A program made the position numbers and the translations under genes. 64,000 bases of DNA from a virus (lineage: Duplodnaviria; Caudoviricetes): positions 1 to 64,000 of the IMG/VR virus record IMGVR_UViG_2671180244_000004. One strand, written 5' to 3'. This document shows positions 38,066 to 48,853 of this stretch, piece by piece. Under the pieces are notes generated by a model. That model was not told where the DNA came from, ran no database searches, and saw only the letters and a list, made by a program, of their open reading frames with translations. The first letter of the stretch is position 1. Each line of letters begins with the position of its first letter.

Positions 38066-38872
38066 CTATAATCGATTTCCGTAGAATGAAACTTTCCCTT
38101 TGTTGTTGCAGTGGATTTCATTTGAAATGTGCCACTCCTCAAGTATAAGGTCAAATCCTCCAAATGAAAAGCCTGTTGTAAAGTTTCCTTGAGCATAGGC
38201 TACGGCTTTGCCATTTGTTTTCTTTGTCCCTTTTTTCCAGTTTTCAACTTTCCATGTAGAAGTTTGGCCTCTTTTATAATATGCATCTGTTTGAGTTGCT
38301 CTTGGTTCTTTACCCCCATGGACAAAATATGCAGAATTATAAACCCTAAACAATTGTAATCCGAACATATTTTTAGCTCTGTATGTCAATTCGTACTCTT
38401 TAGTAGTAGCCTTTGTAGAAACATCTCCACTGTTTGATTTTTTCTCACCTGCATAAGTAATAAAATACGTTGGTGAGTCGGTTAAAACAAGTTCGATGCC
38501 ATTACCAATTTTGTGAGCTTCAAATTGTTTAGAGCTAACATTCTCTTCTATGTACTGTCCAATGTCAAAACTGTCCCCAGATTTAATGTTAGGCAATAGA
38601 TTTCTATTTTTCTTATAGTAGCTTGCCAGAAACTCTTCTTTTATTTTATTTTCAGAATAAAATTCTTCAGCAATTTTGTTTGCTTCTTCCTCATTTTTTG
38701 GTTTAGCATTCTTTAAGTATGATAAAAACTCTTCTTGATTCTTTTTGATTTCTTTAATAGCATCCTCATACTTTGTTTCACTTGTACTTGCTGCAGCAGA
38801 AGCAGAACCACTAATCATGATTGAAAACAACATAACAAAGCTAACAATTGTAAATATAGATTTTTTTAACAA
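38066..38872 (-). CDS. Secreted protein
   Basis: Sec signal MLKKSIF...SASA. Confidence 0.8.
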   Translation of the reverse strand: MLKKSIFTIVSFVMLFSIMISGSASAAASTSETKYEDAIKEIKKNQEEFLSYLKNAKPKNEEEANKIAEEFYSENKIKEEFLASYYKKNRNLLPNIKSGDSFDIGQYIEENVSSKQFEAHKIGNGIELVLTDSPTYFITYAGEKKSNSGDVSTKATTKEYELTYRAKNMFGLQLFRVYNSAYFVHGGKEPRATQTDAYYKRGQTSTWKVENWKKGTKKTNGKAVAYAQGNFTTGFSFGGFDLILEEWHISNEIHCNNKGKVSFYGNRL

Positions 38873-38992
38873 ATAATCACTCCTTTTTTTTAATTCAATT
38901 GCAATGATAGCACTTACAATTGTTAAATCAAGGGTAAAATGGAAAAATCACAAAATCTGAGACCTTGTGACTAATCTGTTCCTTTATGTAGT

Positions 38993-39544
38993 TCATTTGC
39001 TATACAAACATGATACTTCGGCCTTTATAATGCTTGTTAAAACTTTTGTGGATTCATTAAACTTTCCTGAATTATTCCTTACTACATAGTCGTAGTGCTC
39101 CTTATTTTTCATCTCTTGGTGGTATGTACTCAATCTTTGTTCAACTGTATCTAATGTATCTCCTCTTTTAATCATTTGTTTATAAGCTTGGTCGTAAGGA
39201 GTGTACAAAAACAATGTTACACAACTAGGATACATCTTTTTAATTTGCTGCATTCCGTGGTAATCAACAATAACAAATGCATTTCCTAAACTCATTTTAT
39301 TTTCAAATTCTTCTTGGTCAATTCCATAATAATTGCCACTATATTTAACTTGTTCGATTAATTTGCTCTGTTTCTTTAAATCCTCGAATTTTTCAAGACT
39401 GATAAATTTATAGTCCACTCCATCAATTTCGCCTTTTCTTGGTTTCCTAGTAGTAAATGACACAACTTCATTATTCATGATTTGACGCATTAATGATGTC
39501 TTACCGCTTCCACTAGGGCCTGATACCACAATGAGTTTATTCAT
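38993..39544 (-). CDS. gmk: Guanylate kinase
   Basis: SGPSGSGKT, SFTTRKPRKGEIDGVDYKF, GNYYG. Confidence 0.93.
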   Translation of the reverse strand: MNKLIVVSGPSGSGKTSLMRQIMNNEVVSFTTRKPRKGEIDGVDYKFISLEKFEDLKKQSKLIEQVKYSGNYYGIDQEEFENKMSLGNAFVIVDYHGMQQIKKMYPSCVTLFLYTPYDQAYKQMIKRGDTLDTVEQRLSTYHQEMKNKEHYDYVVRNNSGKFNESTKVLTSIIKAEVSCLYSK

Positions 39545-39929
39545 TATTTGCTGTAATCTCACTCCAGTTCCACATGTCCAATGTTCTCATATCAAAACCA
39601 AACGGGTACTTCTTCATGTCAAGCCAAACTATTTCACGTACCCCTGAATTCTTATGGAGAACCCTTAATTTCTCGCCATTATAGAACCTTACAATAGCTT
39701 CATTAAATTCAATTGGTCGATCTACAACATATCCATGCTTAAAAGCTGCAATAAAGTCTTCAGGCTTCTCTTTATAGAAATTATAAATCACCTCAGCAAA
39801 CTCAGCGTTTTTGTCTTTCATTACATCAAATTGGACTAATCCCAAGTAAAGATGCTTATCTGAATATCCAAGATTTTTCTTAAAGAATTCTACTGCGTCA
39901 TGAATCTCTGGACTTAAAACAACTGTCAT
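39537..39929 (-). CDS. Hypothetical protein
   Basis: 130-aa ORF. Confidence 0.7.
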   Translation of the reverse strand: MTVVLSPEIHDAVEFFKKNLGYSDKHLYLGLVQFDVMKDKNAEFAEVIYNFYKEKPEDFIAAFKHGYVVDRPIEFNEAIVRFYNGEKLRVLHKNSGVREIVWLDMKKYPFGFDMRTLDMWNWSEITANNE

Positions 39930-40106
39930 ACAATCACCTCTATATCTTATTTTTATTTTAAAACGAATGTTTTATCGTATTTCAATGAGTATCAATTCCT
40001 TTTATTTTTTAGCCGCTTGATAAAAGTCTTGTATGGATAAATATGAAAGTTATATAGATTTATAAACCCGTATCATGCTATACTTTTGACTTCTAGGAGG
40101 GATTTT

Positions 40107-40547
40107 ATGAAAAAGAAGTTATTATTTATATTTCTTACCTTTTTATTTACTCTTGTTTCATGTTCATCTGAAAGTGTTAAAAGCGATTCTCCAGATTATA
40201 TTAAAGAATCGTTCGATTACTTTATATCAATCAAATCATTAGTTAAATCAGTAAATGACGGTGAAGAAGTTGATAAAGCAGTTAAGTCAAATTTTGAAAA
40301 GCAGTCTGAATTCAATGAGTGGATTGACACTAACTATGATCCTAATGATGAACCGAGTGAAGAAGCTGTACTTATAAGTCATTTCCATTTAATTAAGACA
40401 CTGTTAGAAAACTTAGTTATTTTTAGTGCATCAAAATCATTGGGGGTTGAGGATGTAGATATTTCATCTCCAATCAGCTCTCTTGAAAACTCCCTGTCTA
40501 ATCTGGAATCAATTTATGAAGAATATGGATATGAACCTAAAGATTGA
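40107..40547 (+). CDS. Lipoprotein (opposite-strand moron flanked by 18-bp palindromes)
   Basis: MKKKLL...LVSC lipobox, AGGAGG RBS; palindromes at 39958 and 40574. Confidence 0.8.
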   Translation: MKKKLLFIFLTFLFTLVSCSSESVKSDSPDYIKESFDYFISIKSLVKSVNDGEEVDKAVKSNFEKQSEFNEWIDTNYDPNDEPSEEAVLISHFHLIKTLLENLVIFSASKSLGVEDVDISSPISSLENSLSNLESIYEEYGYEPKD

Positions 40548-40603
40548 GAATAGCATTTAGCTATTTTTTTCTTTTAAAAGATTATTTTTAATTTTTGTAA
40601 ATA

Positions 40604-40640
40604 AATTTTTTACTGGGCTAATATTGAACTAGCCCAGTAG
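40604..40640. terminator. Terminator
   Basis: TACTGGGCTA...TAGCCCAGTA. Confidence 0.7.
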
Positions 40641-40647
40641 AAATAAA

Positions 40648-40938
40648 TCAGTCTTCCTCTAAGCCATATTCTTTAGCACCTTCTACTACCAGCTTGTAAA
40701 CAGCCATTAAATGTTCATTGATTTGTTTCTTAGTTTCTTCCCCAAATACATTAAAATCCACTTTAATTTCATTTGAAAAGTCGATTTTTTTTGATCCTAC
40801 CTGAGCAATATTTTTCTTTATTAGATCTGCTTTAAAATAACCGTCTGCCTCCTTACCAGTCAGTTCCCATGTCTCTGTGTTAACTCCTTCAATTATTCGA
40901 AAATAATAGTCCTTGATCCTTAATGTTTGTTCAGTCAT
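40648..40938 (-). CDS. SOS-regulated small protein (YorB-like position)
   Basis: MTEQTLR..., AAAGGAG RBS, LexA box upstream. Confidence 0.65.
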   Translation of the reverse strand: MTEQTLRIKDYYFRIIEGVNTETWELTGKEADGYFKADLIKKNIAQVGSKKIDFSNEIKVDFNVFGEETKKQINEHLMAVYKLVVEGAKEYGLEED

Positions 40939-40999
40939 ACTATCCTCTCCTTTTTGTAAAGTTTTGGTACTCTTACAGCATACAACATTACCCAAAACA

Positions 41000-41011
41000 G
41001 AACAAGTGTTC
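41000..41011. promoter_or_regulatory. LexA (Cheo) box
   Basis: GAACAAGTGTTC overlapping the -35 of TTGTTC-17-TATGCT (minus strand). Confidence 0.75.
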
Positions 41012-41219
41012 TTTTTTATTTTGAATAATGTGGTTTAATCATTTCAATTTCAATTCCCCCTCAATAAATTTGTTTTCTTTTTAATTTGATGTCTCTTTCC
41101 ATTCCACGATGTTCAATATTACTTAGAAGTTGTTTCAATTTCTCATTTTCGATTCTCAACATTCTGTTATCTGTTTGCAATTTGTTAATTAATGCTTCTT
41201 TATTCAACATGTATCCCTC

Positions 41220-42011
41220 CTAATAAAGTTCAGGTGAATTAAACTTAACCTCTCTATAACCCAAACCTTTTAAATGCTCTTCCCAAACTTCAAATATTTT
41301 GTCTATTTCAGGTTTTATTTCCTGCTGTTTTTCCCATGTCTCAAGATTTCTATTAATTTCTTTCTGACTAGATTTAATTCCACCTTCATGATTTTTAATT
41401 AATTGTGTAAGCATATCTATGTATTCTTTCTTTTTAAATGGATGTACCAGCAAGGTGAAACATTGAATTGCTATGTACTTAAATGGATTCTTGATGAATC
41501 GATTGTTATCTTTTAAAAGTCCAAATAAGGGACTTTTTAAAACTTCTGTGTATCGTTTAATAGAATCTTCAGACTCTCGAATTCTATCTCTAATATCTTG
41601 ATCCATTCTCTTGTAGTGCTTTTCTGAAGTCCATTCAACAGTTCGTCCGTATATTTTTGATTCCCAATTCACTCTAAGAACACTACCTTTATCGGTGATA
41701 ATTGTGAAAGGATTTAAGTTTGCTGTAGAAATTTTGACACTACATCCATCATATATGTTTCCCACATAGTCATTAAGAAGCTGTAAAACTCGCTGTCTAA
41801 TATCTATTGAAAACTTACTCTTTGCTTCCTTGTCTAAAGCATTAAATAAATTCTTTTGGTCAATGGTTAGACTTGCTAAGTATGTATTTAGGTTGCTTAA
41901 AACATTGTCTTTATCTTTGAGAATGGTTGAATATGCATTACACAAGTAATCTAGATCAGCTTGTTTATTTAATGTGGCCTGTTTTAATTCGCTTAACATT
42001 AAATTCCTCAC
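41220..42011 (-). CDS. Hypothetical protein
   Basis: 263-aa ORF. Confidence 0.75.
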   Translation of the reverse strand: MRNLMLSELKQATLNKQADLDYLCNAYSTILKDKDNVLSNLNTYLASLTIDQKNLFNALDKEAKSKFSIDIRQRVLQLLNDYVGNIYDGCSVKISTANLNPFTIITDKGSVLRVNWESKIYGRTVEWTSEKHYKRMDQDIRDRIRESEDSIKRYTEVLKSPLFGLLKDNNRFIKNPFKYIAIQCFTLLVHPFKKKEYIDMLTQLIKNHEGGIKSSQKEINRNLETWEKQQEIKPEIDKIFEVWEEHLKGLGYREVKFNSPELY

Positions 42012-42030
42012 TTTCGTTAAAAGGTTGTTT

Positions 42031-42219
42031 TTATCTAAAAATATAAATAATCAAAAGCCATATTAATATTGAAATTATGCTCACATTAATCAATGTAATC
42101 AGTATTAATTGTTGTCTTTTCCACCTTTCCATTGTATTAGATGTTGACTCAAGACTTCTCTCCAATTTCAAGAGTGATTTTTCTATCGACTTCACAATTA
42201 ATCTCCTTAATGATCTCAA
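42031..42219 (-). CDS. Small membrane protein
   Basis: C-terminal TM; stop lies in the palindrome at 42017. Confidence 0.55.
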   Translation of the reverse strand: MRSLRRLIVKSIEKSLLKLERSLESTSNTMERWKRQQLILITLINVSIISILIWLLIIYIFR

Positions 42220-42256
42220 TTGCCTTATTAAAAATAAGTAATCGTTTATTGAATGG

Positions 42257-42979
42257 CTACTTCAAATCATTTGGACTGATAACTATAGATTCTTCCCAGT
42301 TTGGAAAGTAAGTAAGGGTACTTTTTTTGATTTTTTCAGCAAAAGTATTTAAAAACACTTGAAGTTCTTCCACATGCTCCATTGTGTTTTCATATGCGTT
42401 TTCATGTAGTTCTTCTGTTGCACTTTCAATGATGGATTGAGCATCAAATGACAGAGACATTTGGTTTGTTTTAAAAAGCCTCATGTTAGGTATATTTGAT
42501 ATTTCTATATCGCCTTGCTCAATTTCGTCTTGCAAAAACTCAATGACATCATCTATACTCTCGAAAAACTGTCCGTAATTGTCTAAGTACAACATATATG
42601 TACAGTCTTCTTTTAAATGTTCTTCTACACTTGTTTTTATAGCTTTGTTCCACTTCTCCAAAGCCTTTAAATGCTGCTTCTCGCTTTGCATGTTTTTATA
42701 TCCTGTACAATCACACCAGCCTTTTCTTCCTAATAATTCATTGCAGTGTGTGCATTTATGCTGTACACCGTTATAGCAATGTGAGCAACCTGTAATAGTT
42801 TGTTTTTTATGAGGAAGCATCTCGGTATATTTATCTTTATCACTTGTCAACCCGAATGGATTATCAGAAACTTGTAATCCAGCACCTCCGCATTTAGGGC
42901 AAATTTCTTCATTTTCTCCCAAATCTTTTTTTAGTATTAAGTCAAAATTAACTTCTATATTTTCAGTACGAATACTCAT
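42257..42979 (-). CDS. Protein with DnaJ-type CxxCxGxG zinc finger
   Basis: CPKCGGAG, CSHCYNG, CTHC. Confidence 0.75.
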   Translation of the reverse strand: MSIRTENIEVNFDLILKKDLGENEEICPKCGGAGLQVSDNPFGLTSDKDKYTEMLPHKKQTITGCSHCYNGVQHKCTHCNELLGRKGWCDCTGYKNMQSEKQHLKALEKWNKAIKTSVEEHLKEDCTYMLYLDNYGQFFESIDDVIEFLQDEIEQGDIEISNIPNMRLFKTNQMSLSFDAQSIIESATEELHENAYENTMEHVEELQVFLNTFAEKIKKSTLTYFPNWEESIVISPNDLK

Positions 42980-43486
42980 TTAAATTCCTCCGTTTCTTTC
43001 GTCAATCATATTCTTGTGTCTACCACAGCTTGGCGCCATCCATACGGTCATTGCATAAGTGTGGGCTTCATTAGTGTAATGACAGTGGTTTACTGAAATG
43101 TGTTGTCTAGCTTCTTCTTCTGTGAAGAAGATTGTATCGCTATGTGTAATTCGGGCTTTTTTCTCGAGGAAGAACTTTGCTCCTTCATCTTCGTATTTCT
43201 GTATCCATTCTAAAATTTCATCGTAGTCATTATTGCATTCATCCAGTTCCTTTAATTGTTCACCACTAAATTCTCCGTCTTCTTTTGCACTTTCGATGTA
43301 ATCTTCAACAGGATAAGATTCTTCTGCATTAGGTAAGTACACAGAATATCGCTCAGCGTTTCCTTCATTTGCTTCAACCCACTTATAGTCACCTACAACC
43401 CAAAATCTTGGTGCAGCCTGACAATCAACATCCTGTGTTTTCAATTCTTGTTGCAATTCTTTTAGAAATTGAATAGCTTCTTTCAT
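42980..43486 (-). CDS. Hypothetical protein
   Basis: 168-aa ORF. Confidence 0.75.
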   Translation of the reverse strand: MKEAIQFLKELQQELKTQDVDCQAAPRFWVVGDYKWVEANEGNAERYSVYLPNAEESYPVEDYIESAKEDGEFSGEQLKELDECNNDYDEILEWIQKYEDEGAKFFLEKKARITHSDTIFFTEEEARQHISVNHCHYTNEAHTYAMTVWMAPSCGRHKNMIDERNGGI

Positions 43487-43668
43487 ACCGTTCCCTCAAG
43501 TAATTCGAAAGACACTGAGGTAACGTGTGGATCATCGTATAAAGTGGATTCTATAGCTGCTAACTCACTCTCATTTGCAACAGTTCTTACATATGAATTT
43601 TCTATTGTTTCTCCCATGTAGTTTTGTTTGTAATGAACTATAAATTTTTTCATTTCGCTTCCTCCCAT
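43483..43668 (-). CDS. Hypothetical protein
   Basis: Coupled small ORF. Confidence 0.6.
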   Translation of the reverse strand: MGGSEMKKFIVHYKQNYMGETIENSYVRTVANESELAAIESTLYDDPHVTSVSFELLEGTV

Positions 43669-44060
43669 TCTCTGAAACTATACGGATAATCAGTTTTGGA
43701 AATAAAACCGATTTCCTTTGCCTTTTGACGAATCTTTTCACAGCCTTCACGGCTATACGCCCATATTTCTTTGTAATCTCTGAGAGCGCCATATCGACCC
43801 GTGATGATAAACTCCCTCATACTGTTGACCAGCTGCCACATGTTATCGCCGTGTGAAAATCCCTCTACTCTTCGTCCTCGTTCATATGGATAAACATATT
43901 CTCCTGTATAATCGTCAATGAAGAATAGCTTGGTTTTAAATCTAAATGAGGCAACCCGATCTTTTGATTTGCAATAAAAAGTCCTTCTATCAGTACTTGC
44001 TATGAGCTTGATAAGCTCGTTAATATCATTCATTCGCTTTATTTGTTCCTTACTGGCCAT
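43650..44060 (-). CDS. Hypothetical protein
   Basis: 136-aa ORF, strong RBS. Confidence 0.75.
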   Translation of the reverse strand: MASKEQIKRMNDINELIKLIASTDRRTFYCKSKDRVASFRFKTKLFFIDDYTGEYVYPYERGRRVEGFSHGDNMWQLVNSMREFIITGRYGALRDYKEIWAYSREGCEKIRQKAKEIGFISKTDYPYSFREWEEAK

Positions 44061-44096
44061 TCATTTCCTCCTTTTAAATTGAATAAAAAATTACTT

Positions 44097-44783
44097 TTAT
44101 TGAGTTTTATTTAAAAAATCACAATAGCTTTGACACTCATCAGCAGTTTTGAAAAACGTATTATAACTATTCAATTGAACGAACTCCATCTCTAAACTAT
44201 AAATATTTTCGGCTCGAATCGAATGATCATAAGTAAAATACTCATCACGATCACTCCCGTTCATTCTGTAAAACGCATTTACATATCGATGACCGCCTGA
44301 GTTCACAAGTGAAAAAGAATAGCGTATGTATTCTTCTGGGGTATAAACTCTTTTTTCAATAGAACAAGAGCAATTTTCAAATGCTTTATTGCCAAGTGGC
44401 GTAATATATTCTATCTGTCTATTTTCATTACACTGAGAACACTTATCTTGCGCTACTTTTGATGGGTAAGCTTTGTACATAATAACTTCAGAACCATTCA
44501 TAAGTTCTGAGAGTCTTTTGTTTTTCAACTCCATTTCCATCTTGTGGCGTTCCCTGTCTAACCTTCTTGATTTCTCTTTGTATTCTTTTTCAATAGTATC
44601 TAAATTCTCTTTTACTACTTGGAGTTCTTTGTTTTCCTTCTTCAGTTGCTCCATTTCACTCAAATATTCTTGTTTTACTGATTTCAACAAACTTTCCTTA
44701 AATTCATTGATTTGTTTTTCAAACTCATTTGGCTCATTAAAAAATTCTTCCTTATAAAAATAGTCCATTTCAATCCTCCTCAA
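44097..44783 (-). CDS. Hypothetical coiled-coil/CxxC protein flanked by palindromes
   Basis: Palindromes at 44083 and 44789. Confidence 0.75.
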   Translation of the reverse strand: MRRIEMDYFYKEEFFNEPNEFEKQINEFKESLLKSVKQEYLSEMEQLKKENKELQVVKENLDTIEKEYKEKSRRLDRERHKMEMELKNKRLSELMNGSEVIMYKAYPSKVAQDKCSQCNENRQIEYITPLGNKAFENCSCSIEKRVYTPEEYIRYSFSLVNSGGHRYVNAFYRMNGSDRDEYFTYDHSIRAENIYSLEMEFVQLNSYNTFFKTADECQSYCDFLNKTQ

Positions 44784-44821
44784 TTTATATGAAATCTCTG
44801 TTTTACTCTAATTGACATATG

Positions 44822-45037
44822 TTATTTTTTAATTAATCCGCCGTTATCTTCTTCAATATGTACCATCCACTGTTCATATAGCTCATCGTACCAGGCATTG
44901 CTAACCGCAGTATAAACACCAATACCTTCTTCATGAAGCATTTTAAAGATTTGCCCACTCTTCAAATTTTCAAATGACTGTTCAATCCATGTTCCCTCAA
45001 CATACACATGCACCTGTTCAGTTCCGACTACAGACAT
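44822..45037 (-). CDS. Hypothetical protein
   Basis: 71-aa ORF. Confidence 0.65.
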   Translation of the reverse strand: MSVVGTEQVHVYVEGTWIEQSFENLKSGQIFKMLHEEGIGVYTAVSNAWYDELYEQWMVHIEEDNGGLIKK

Positions 45038-45171
45038 CGCATCACTTCCTTTTTAATTTTTCGTATTATTCACACTCACTAATGCATGTACAATCCCAGT
45101 AAGTACCACTGCCCTTTCGCTTTATATAACGCCTTCTCTTAGTTAATATGATATATGTAGGAGGTGATATT

Positions 45172-45984
45172 TTGTTCGTATCGCCAATGTTATTGCATTC
45201 GATCAAAGAACCATTCGATGACGATAGTTATATTACAGAGCTTAAATTTGATGGAATAAGACTCATTCTTTCCAAATTTAATGATCAGATAAAGCTATTC
45301 ACCCGACATAACAACGAAGTAACAAGCAAATTCCCAGAGCTCTTGGATTTAGATATCCCAAATGGTACAGTTCTCGATGGTGAAGTTATTGTAGCTGCTC
45401 CAAATGGTGCTCCTGACTTTGAGGCTATAATGGAACGTTTTATGTCCAAAAAATCAGATCATAGTATTGTTTACTGTGTCTTTGATATTATTTTTAAAGA
45501 TGGATATTCTATTGCAGTTAAACCGCTCAGTGAGCGTAAGAACCTTCTTTATTCACTTGAACTGAATCACCCTAATGTCTTTGTAATCTCAGGAATTCAA
45601 GGTAACGGTCTATCTTACTTTAACTTGATCAAAGAAAAGGACTTAGAAGGAATCGTACTTAAAAGAGCTGACTCTCCTTATGAAATAAATAAACGGTCTC
45701 ATAATTGGCTTAAAGTTATTAATTATGAATACACCGAAGTTCTCATTACGGGCTATACAAAAGAAGATATAAAATTCCTTCTTTCCTATCCAGATGGATC
45801 ACCAGCTGGATTTATGGAATTTATACCACGAGAAGAACGAAGTAGATTCCACTCTATGAAACAAGTAAAGTCTGAATCTGATGAATATGTATTTATTGAT
45901 CCTATTGTATGTAAGGTTAAGCACAGATTTAAGACTAAGCATGGCAAACTCCGCATACCTTCCTTCGATTCTTGGAGAGTATAA
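45172..45984 (+). CDS. ligB: ATP-dependent DNA ligase (YoqV/LigB)
   Basis: ELKFDGIR, LDGEV, FD, EGIVLK, WLKV. Confidence 0.93.
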   Translation: MFVSPMLLHSIKEPFDDDSYITELKFDGIRLILSKFNDQIKLFTRHNNEVTSKFPELLDLDIPNGTVLDGEVIVAAPNGAPDFEAIMERFMSKKSDHSIVYCVFDIIFKDGYSIAVKPLSERKNLLYSLELNHPNVFVISGIQGNGLSYFNLIKEKDLEGIVLKRADSPYEINKRSHNWLKVINYEYTEVLITGYTKEDIKFLLSYPDGSPAGFMEFIPREERSRFHSMKQVKSESDEYVFIDPIVCKVKHRFKTKHGKLRIPSFDSWRV

Positions 45985-46181
45985 CCTCTCCGTTACATAA
46001 CTCCTTAAAAACTATCTTTTATTTGAAATATTGCACAACTCCATAACTTTCAAAGTTAAATGGCTGTGGTGGCGGAGTTGATCCTAATAAGGCGTATGAT
46101 TTTCGTCGCATTTGTTTAAATGCCATAATTCCGATACACTCTCCTCTATTTTGTTACATTAGTTAATTTGGTTACACCAAA

Positions 46182-46940
46182 TCAATCATACTCAGTATTG
46201 GCAATCTCTAACTCCACGTTATCTTCATCAACAATCAATTTTGAACCCCGTGCATACATTTTAAACAGAATTTCTTCTAACCCACGGAATCCCCTCATGA
46301 TAGCCCGTGCATCAAATTCATTTACGTCTCTTGAATGACGTCTGTTCTCTTTGATTTGAATGTTGCTAATTTTACCCGTTTCCTTATCCACCCAAAATGT
46401 ATATTTACAATCATACTTTTCTTTGTCGTTTTCGCTATCAAGATAAATGATCTTTGATAAACTAAAAGTATCATCAATGATCATTGTCATTTCATGGTAA
46501 TCATCATATTCCAAGTCATCTGTCTCAACCTCTTTAGCCATTTCCTTTACAAGTTCAGATAGGCTGTATTCAGATTTTGCTGAATCTAATAATGAATCAA
46601 TTGTTTCGTTAATTCTCTTCACACCTTCACTTGCAATTGAATCATCCAACTTTTCTTTTACAGCTTTCATAATGAATGTATTATAAGAAGCTAAGTCTAG
46701 TTCTTTAAGATTCACTTGTAACTCCTCTTCTACTTGTTTCTTCAGGTTTTTAGAAAACTCACTCCAGTTACCAAAAAGATCTCCAACAATTGAACCAATT
46801 GTCTTAGCAATATGATTATCAACAATTTCTTGCACCTTTCCTTCTGTCTCCATCTTTGTCAAGCTCTTCATAACCATTTTATTTAAGTCCATTGCTATTC
46901 CCCTTTTCTTATATTTAAAATGTATTCTCCTTAAAATCAC
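46182..46940 (-). CDS. Hypothetical protein
   Basis: ORF; start probably MDLNK. Confidence 0.75.
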   Translation of the reverse strand: MILRRIHFKYKKRGIAMDLNKMVMKSLTKMETEGKVQEIVDNHIAKTIGSIVGDLFGNWSEFSKNLKKQVEEELQVNLKELDLASYNTFIMKAVKEKLDDSIASEGVKRINETIDSLLDSAKSEYSLSELVKEMAKEVETDDLEYDDYHEMTMIIDDTFSLSKIIYLDSENDKEKYDCKYTFWVDKETGKISNIQIKENRRHSRDVNEFDARAIMRGFRGLEEILFKMYARGSKLIVDEDNVELEIANTEYD

Positions 46941-47130
46941 GATTTCATCTAAACTGTTAAACCTGCTTGTCGATTATTCATCATGATTTTAATCAATTTG
47001 TTGTTTCTCATTTCTTCTTTCTCTTTCAGAATTGCTTCTTCATTAGCTGCCAGCTTCATTTTCAATTTAACGTTTTCTTTAATCAATTTCTTCATATTGT
47101 TCATATGTATTACCTCCCTCAAGATGTGTG

Positions 47131-47334
47131 TTATTTATATTCAAACAATGTACCTTCATCTGTCTTTGGAACTTTAGTACATTGATTTGAATTTGTTTTA
47201 TTTCTAACATAAATATATTCCTTATCCTCATCAAGAACTTCATATTCTTTATCCTTTATGAAATATAAAGTATATGGATACTCTGCAAGAGCAATGTCTT
47301 TTTTAAAAATTACCTTGTCCACTTCTTTCACCAT
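47131..47334 (-). CDS. Hypothetical SH3-like protein
   Basis: 67-aa ORF. Confidence 0.6.
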   Translation of the reverse strand: MVKEVDKVIFKKDIALAEYPYTLYFIKDKEYEVLDEDKEYIYVRNKTNSNQCTKVPKTDEGTLFEYK

Positions 47335-47486
47335 CCTTCTTATATTGTTTATAGGCTACATACGACTTCCAACTGCAGTTCTCAAATATGTTTATGTCTG
47401 CTTTATGGTGCACCTTATACCAGATAAGATTAAACTTCGCTGTTTGATATACAAAATATATGTAATTTATCATATTTTCACCTTAA

Positions 47487-47681
47487 TTACTCATCCCACT
47501 CAGAATCATCAAACGGTTCTAGATCAACCTTACTTTCCCATCCTTCAACAAAAATTGTTTCATTGTCTCTATGCTTCAATAGGAAATCCGCTAATCCTTC
47601 TGGAGTTCTAATCATTGTTTCTTCATCGATCATATCTAAAACAATCTCTCTTACCATTAAATTTGTTACAACTGTTTTCAT
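47487..47681 (-). CDS. Hypothetical protein
   Basis: 64-aa ORF with RBS. Confidence 0.65.
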   Translation of the reverse strand: MKTVVTNLMVREIVLDMIDEETMIRTPEGLADFLLKHRDNETIFVEGWESKVDLEPFDDSEWDE

Positions 47682-47872
47682 ACTTCCCCTCCCAATTCTT
47701 ATGAAATAATCCTTTTATTTTAATCAATCGCAGATACTTCAACTTCAGTAAAATCTTCAATTTCAACGTATAACTCATCGTCTTCAAAATGAACAGTCTT
47801 TACTGGTGTAACAATTTTTCCGTTTTCTATCCAAATATCTTCTCCATTCTTATTCATTGTAAAACTCACCTC

Positions 47873-48433
47873 CTAGCTAGGCGTATAGTAAATGTCTAAT
47901 TGAAAATCATATTGCGGATACAGTCTCCATATTTCATGACCTAAATATCTATTCTGAGCATAGTATAAGCAGTTTGATGTAGCGCTCTTGCTCCCATCAT
48001 AAATCGCTACAATACTCTTACTGTGATCCACCATGTACTCATTTCTTCTACTTAGCTTTGCGACTGAGTATTCTCCAATTGGAACTGTATTGTCTTTGTA
48101 ATTTTCAATTTTATCAACTTTAATTACTTCATCTGCTTTATCAAGCATCTTTCTATACCAGGCCTTTTGTTCCGCAGACCATTTCTTATCTTGATTTTCA
48201 AATGGCACCGCAACAATATTTTTTATATGAGGATACTTCTCTTTCATAATATGTACACACCAGAACGCAGCAGTATCAGCACCTAAAGCACCACCAGTGA
48301 TAAATCGTTCGCTTTCATTTTCTTCAATCAATGTTTCAATCACTTCGAGAAGCTTTTCTTTTAACTTCAACATTGTAGGGTTCTTCATGTCATATCCACC
48401 TAATTTTTGTGGACGGTGGCCTGTGAAGCACAC
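47873..48433 (-). CDS. yoqJ: SLOG/YspA (DUF1273) protein, YoqJ-like
   Basis: CFTGHRP, TGGALGAD, RNEYMVDHS. Confidence 0.85.
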   Translation of the reverse strand: MCFTGHRPQKLGGYDMKNPTMLKLKEKLLEVIETLIEENESERFITGGALGADTAAFWCVHIMKEKYPHIKNIVAVPFENQDKKWSAEQKAWYRKMLDKADEVIKVDKIENYKDNTVPIGEYSVAKLSRRNEYMVDHSKSIVAIYDGSKSATSNCLYYAQNRYLGHEIWRLYPQYDFQLDIYYTPS

Positions 48434-48580
48434 TGTTTTATGTCTTATTTTTTCACTTTCTTCATAGTTACGCCTTTCTTCTTCTCTCTTTTTCCCTATG
48501 CTGCTTTATCCACTCAGGATCAGAAAACTTTTTAAAATCAATAGCCAATTCATCAACACCTTTCAATTGGTTCTGGAATA

Positions 48581-48853
48581 TTACCTTAGCAATCTCTGCA
48601 ATGAATCAATTTCACTTTTCAAACTTTTAATTTCTGTTTCAAGCTTCTTCTTTGTTTCATGATGTTCTTCCTCTTCAAGTTCAATCAACTTCTCATAAGA
48701 ATGATACGGCTGGTTGCCAATCCAAATTGAATATTCGTCAGTTTCTGGAATGTAGTTAACTGTAAAACATTGTGGATGATAATCTACGTCTTTAAGGAAC
48801 CCAACAACATCATCCCATTTCTTCAATCGATCATACATACTCATACAAGTCAC
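48581..48853 (-). CDS. Hypothetical protein
   Basis: 90-aa ORF. Confidence 0.7.
   Translation of the reverse strand: MTCMSMYDRLKKWDDVVGFLKDVDYHPQCFTVNYIPETDEYSIWIGNQPYHSYEKLIELEEEEHHETKKKLETEIKSLKSEIDSLQRLLR

Noticed and set aside
45993-46006. AAGGAG-tt-ATG-TAA start-stop mini-gene
   Set aside because: RBS spacing of 2 nt is too short.
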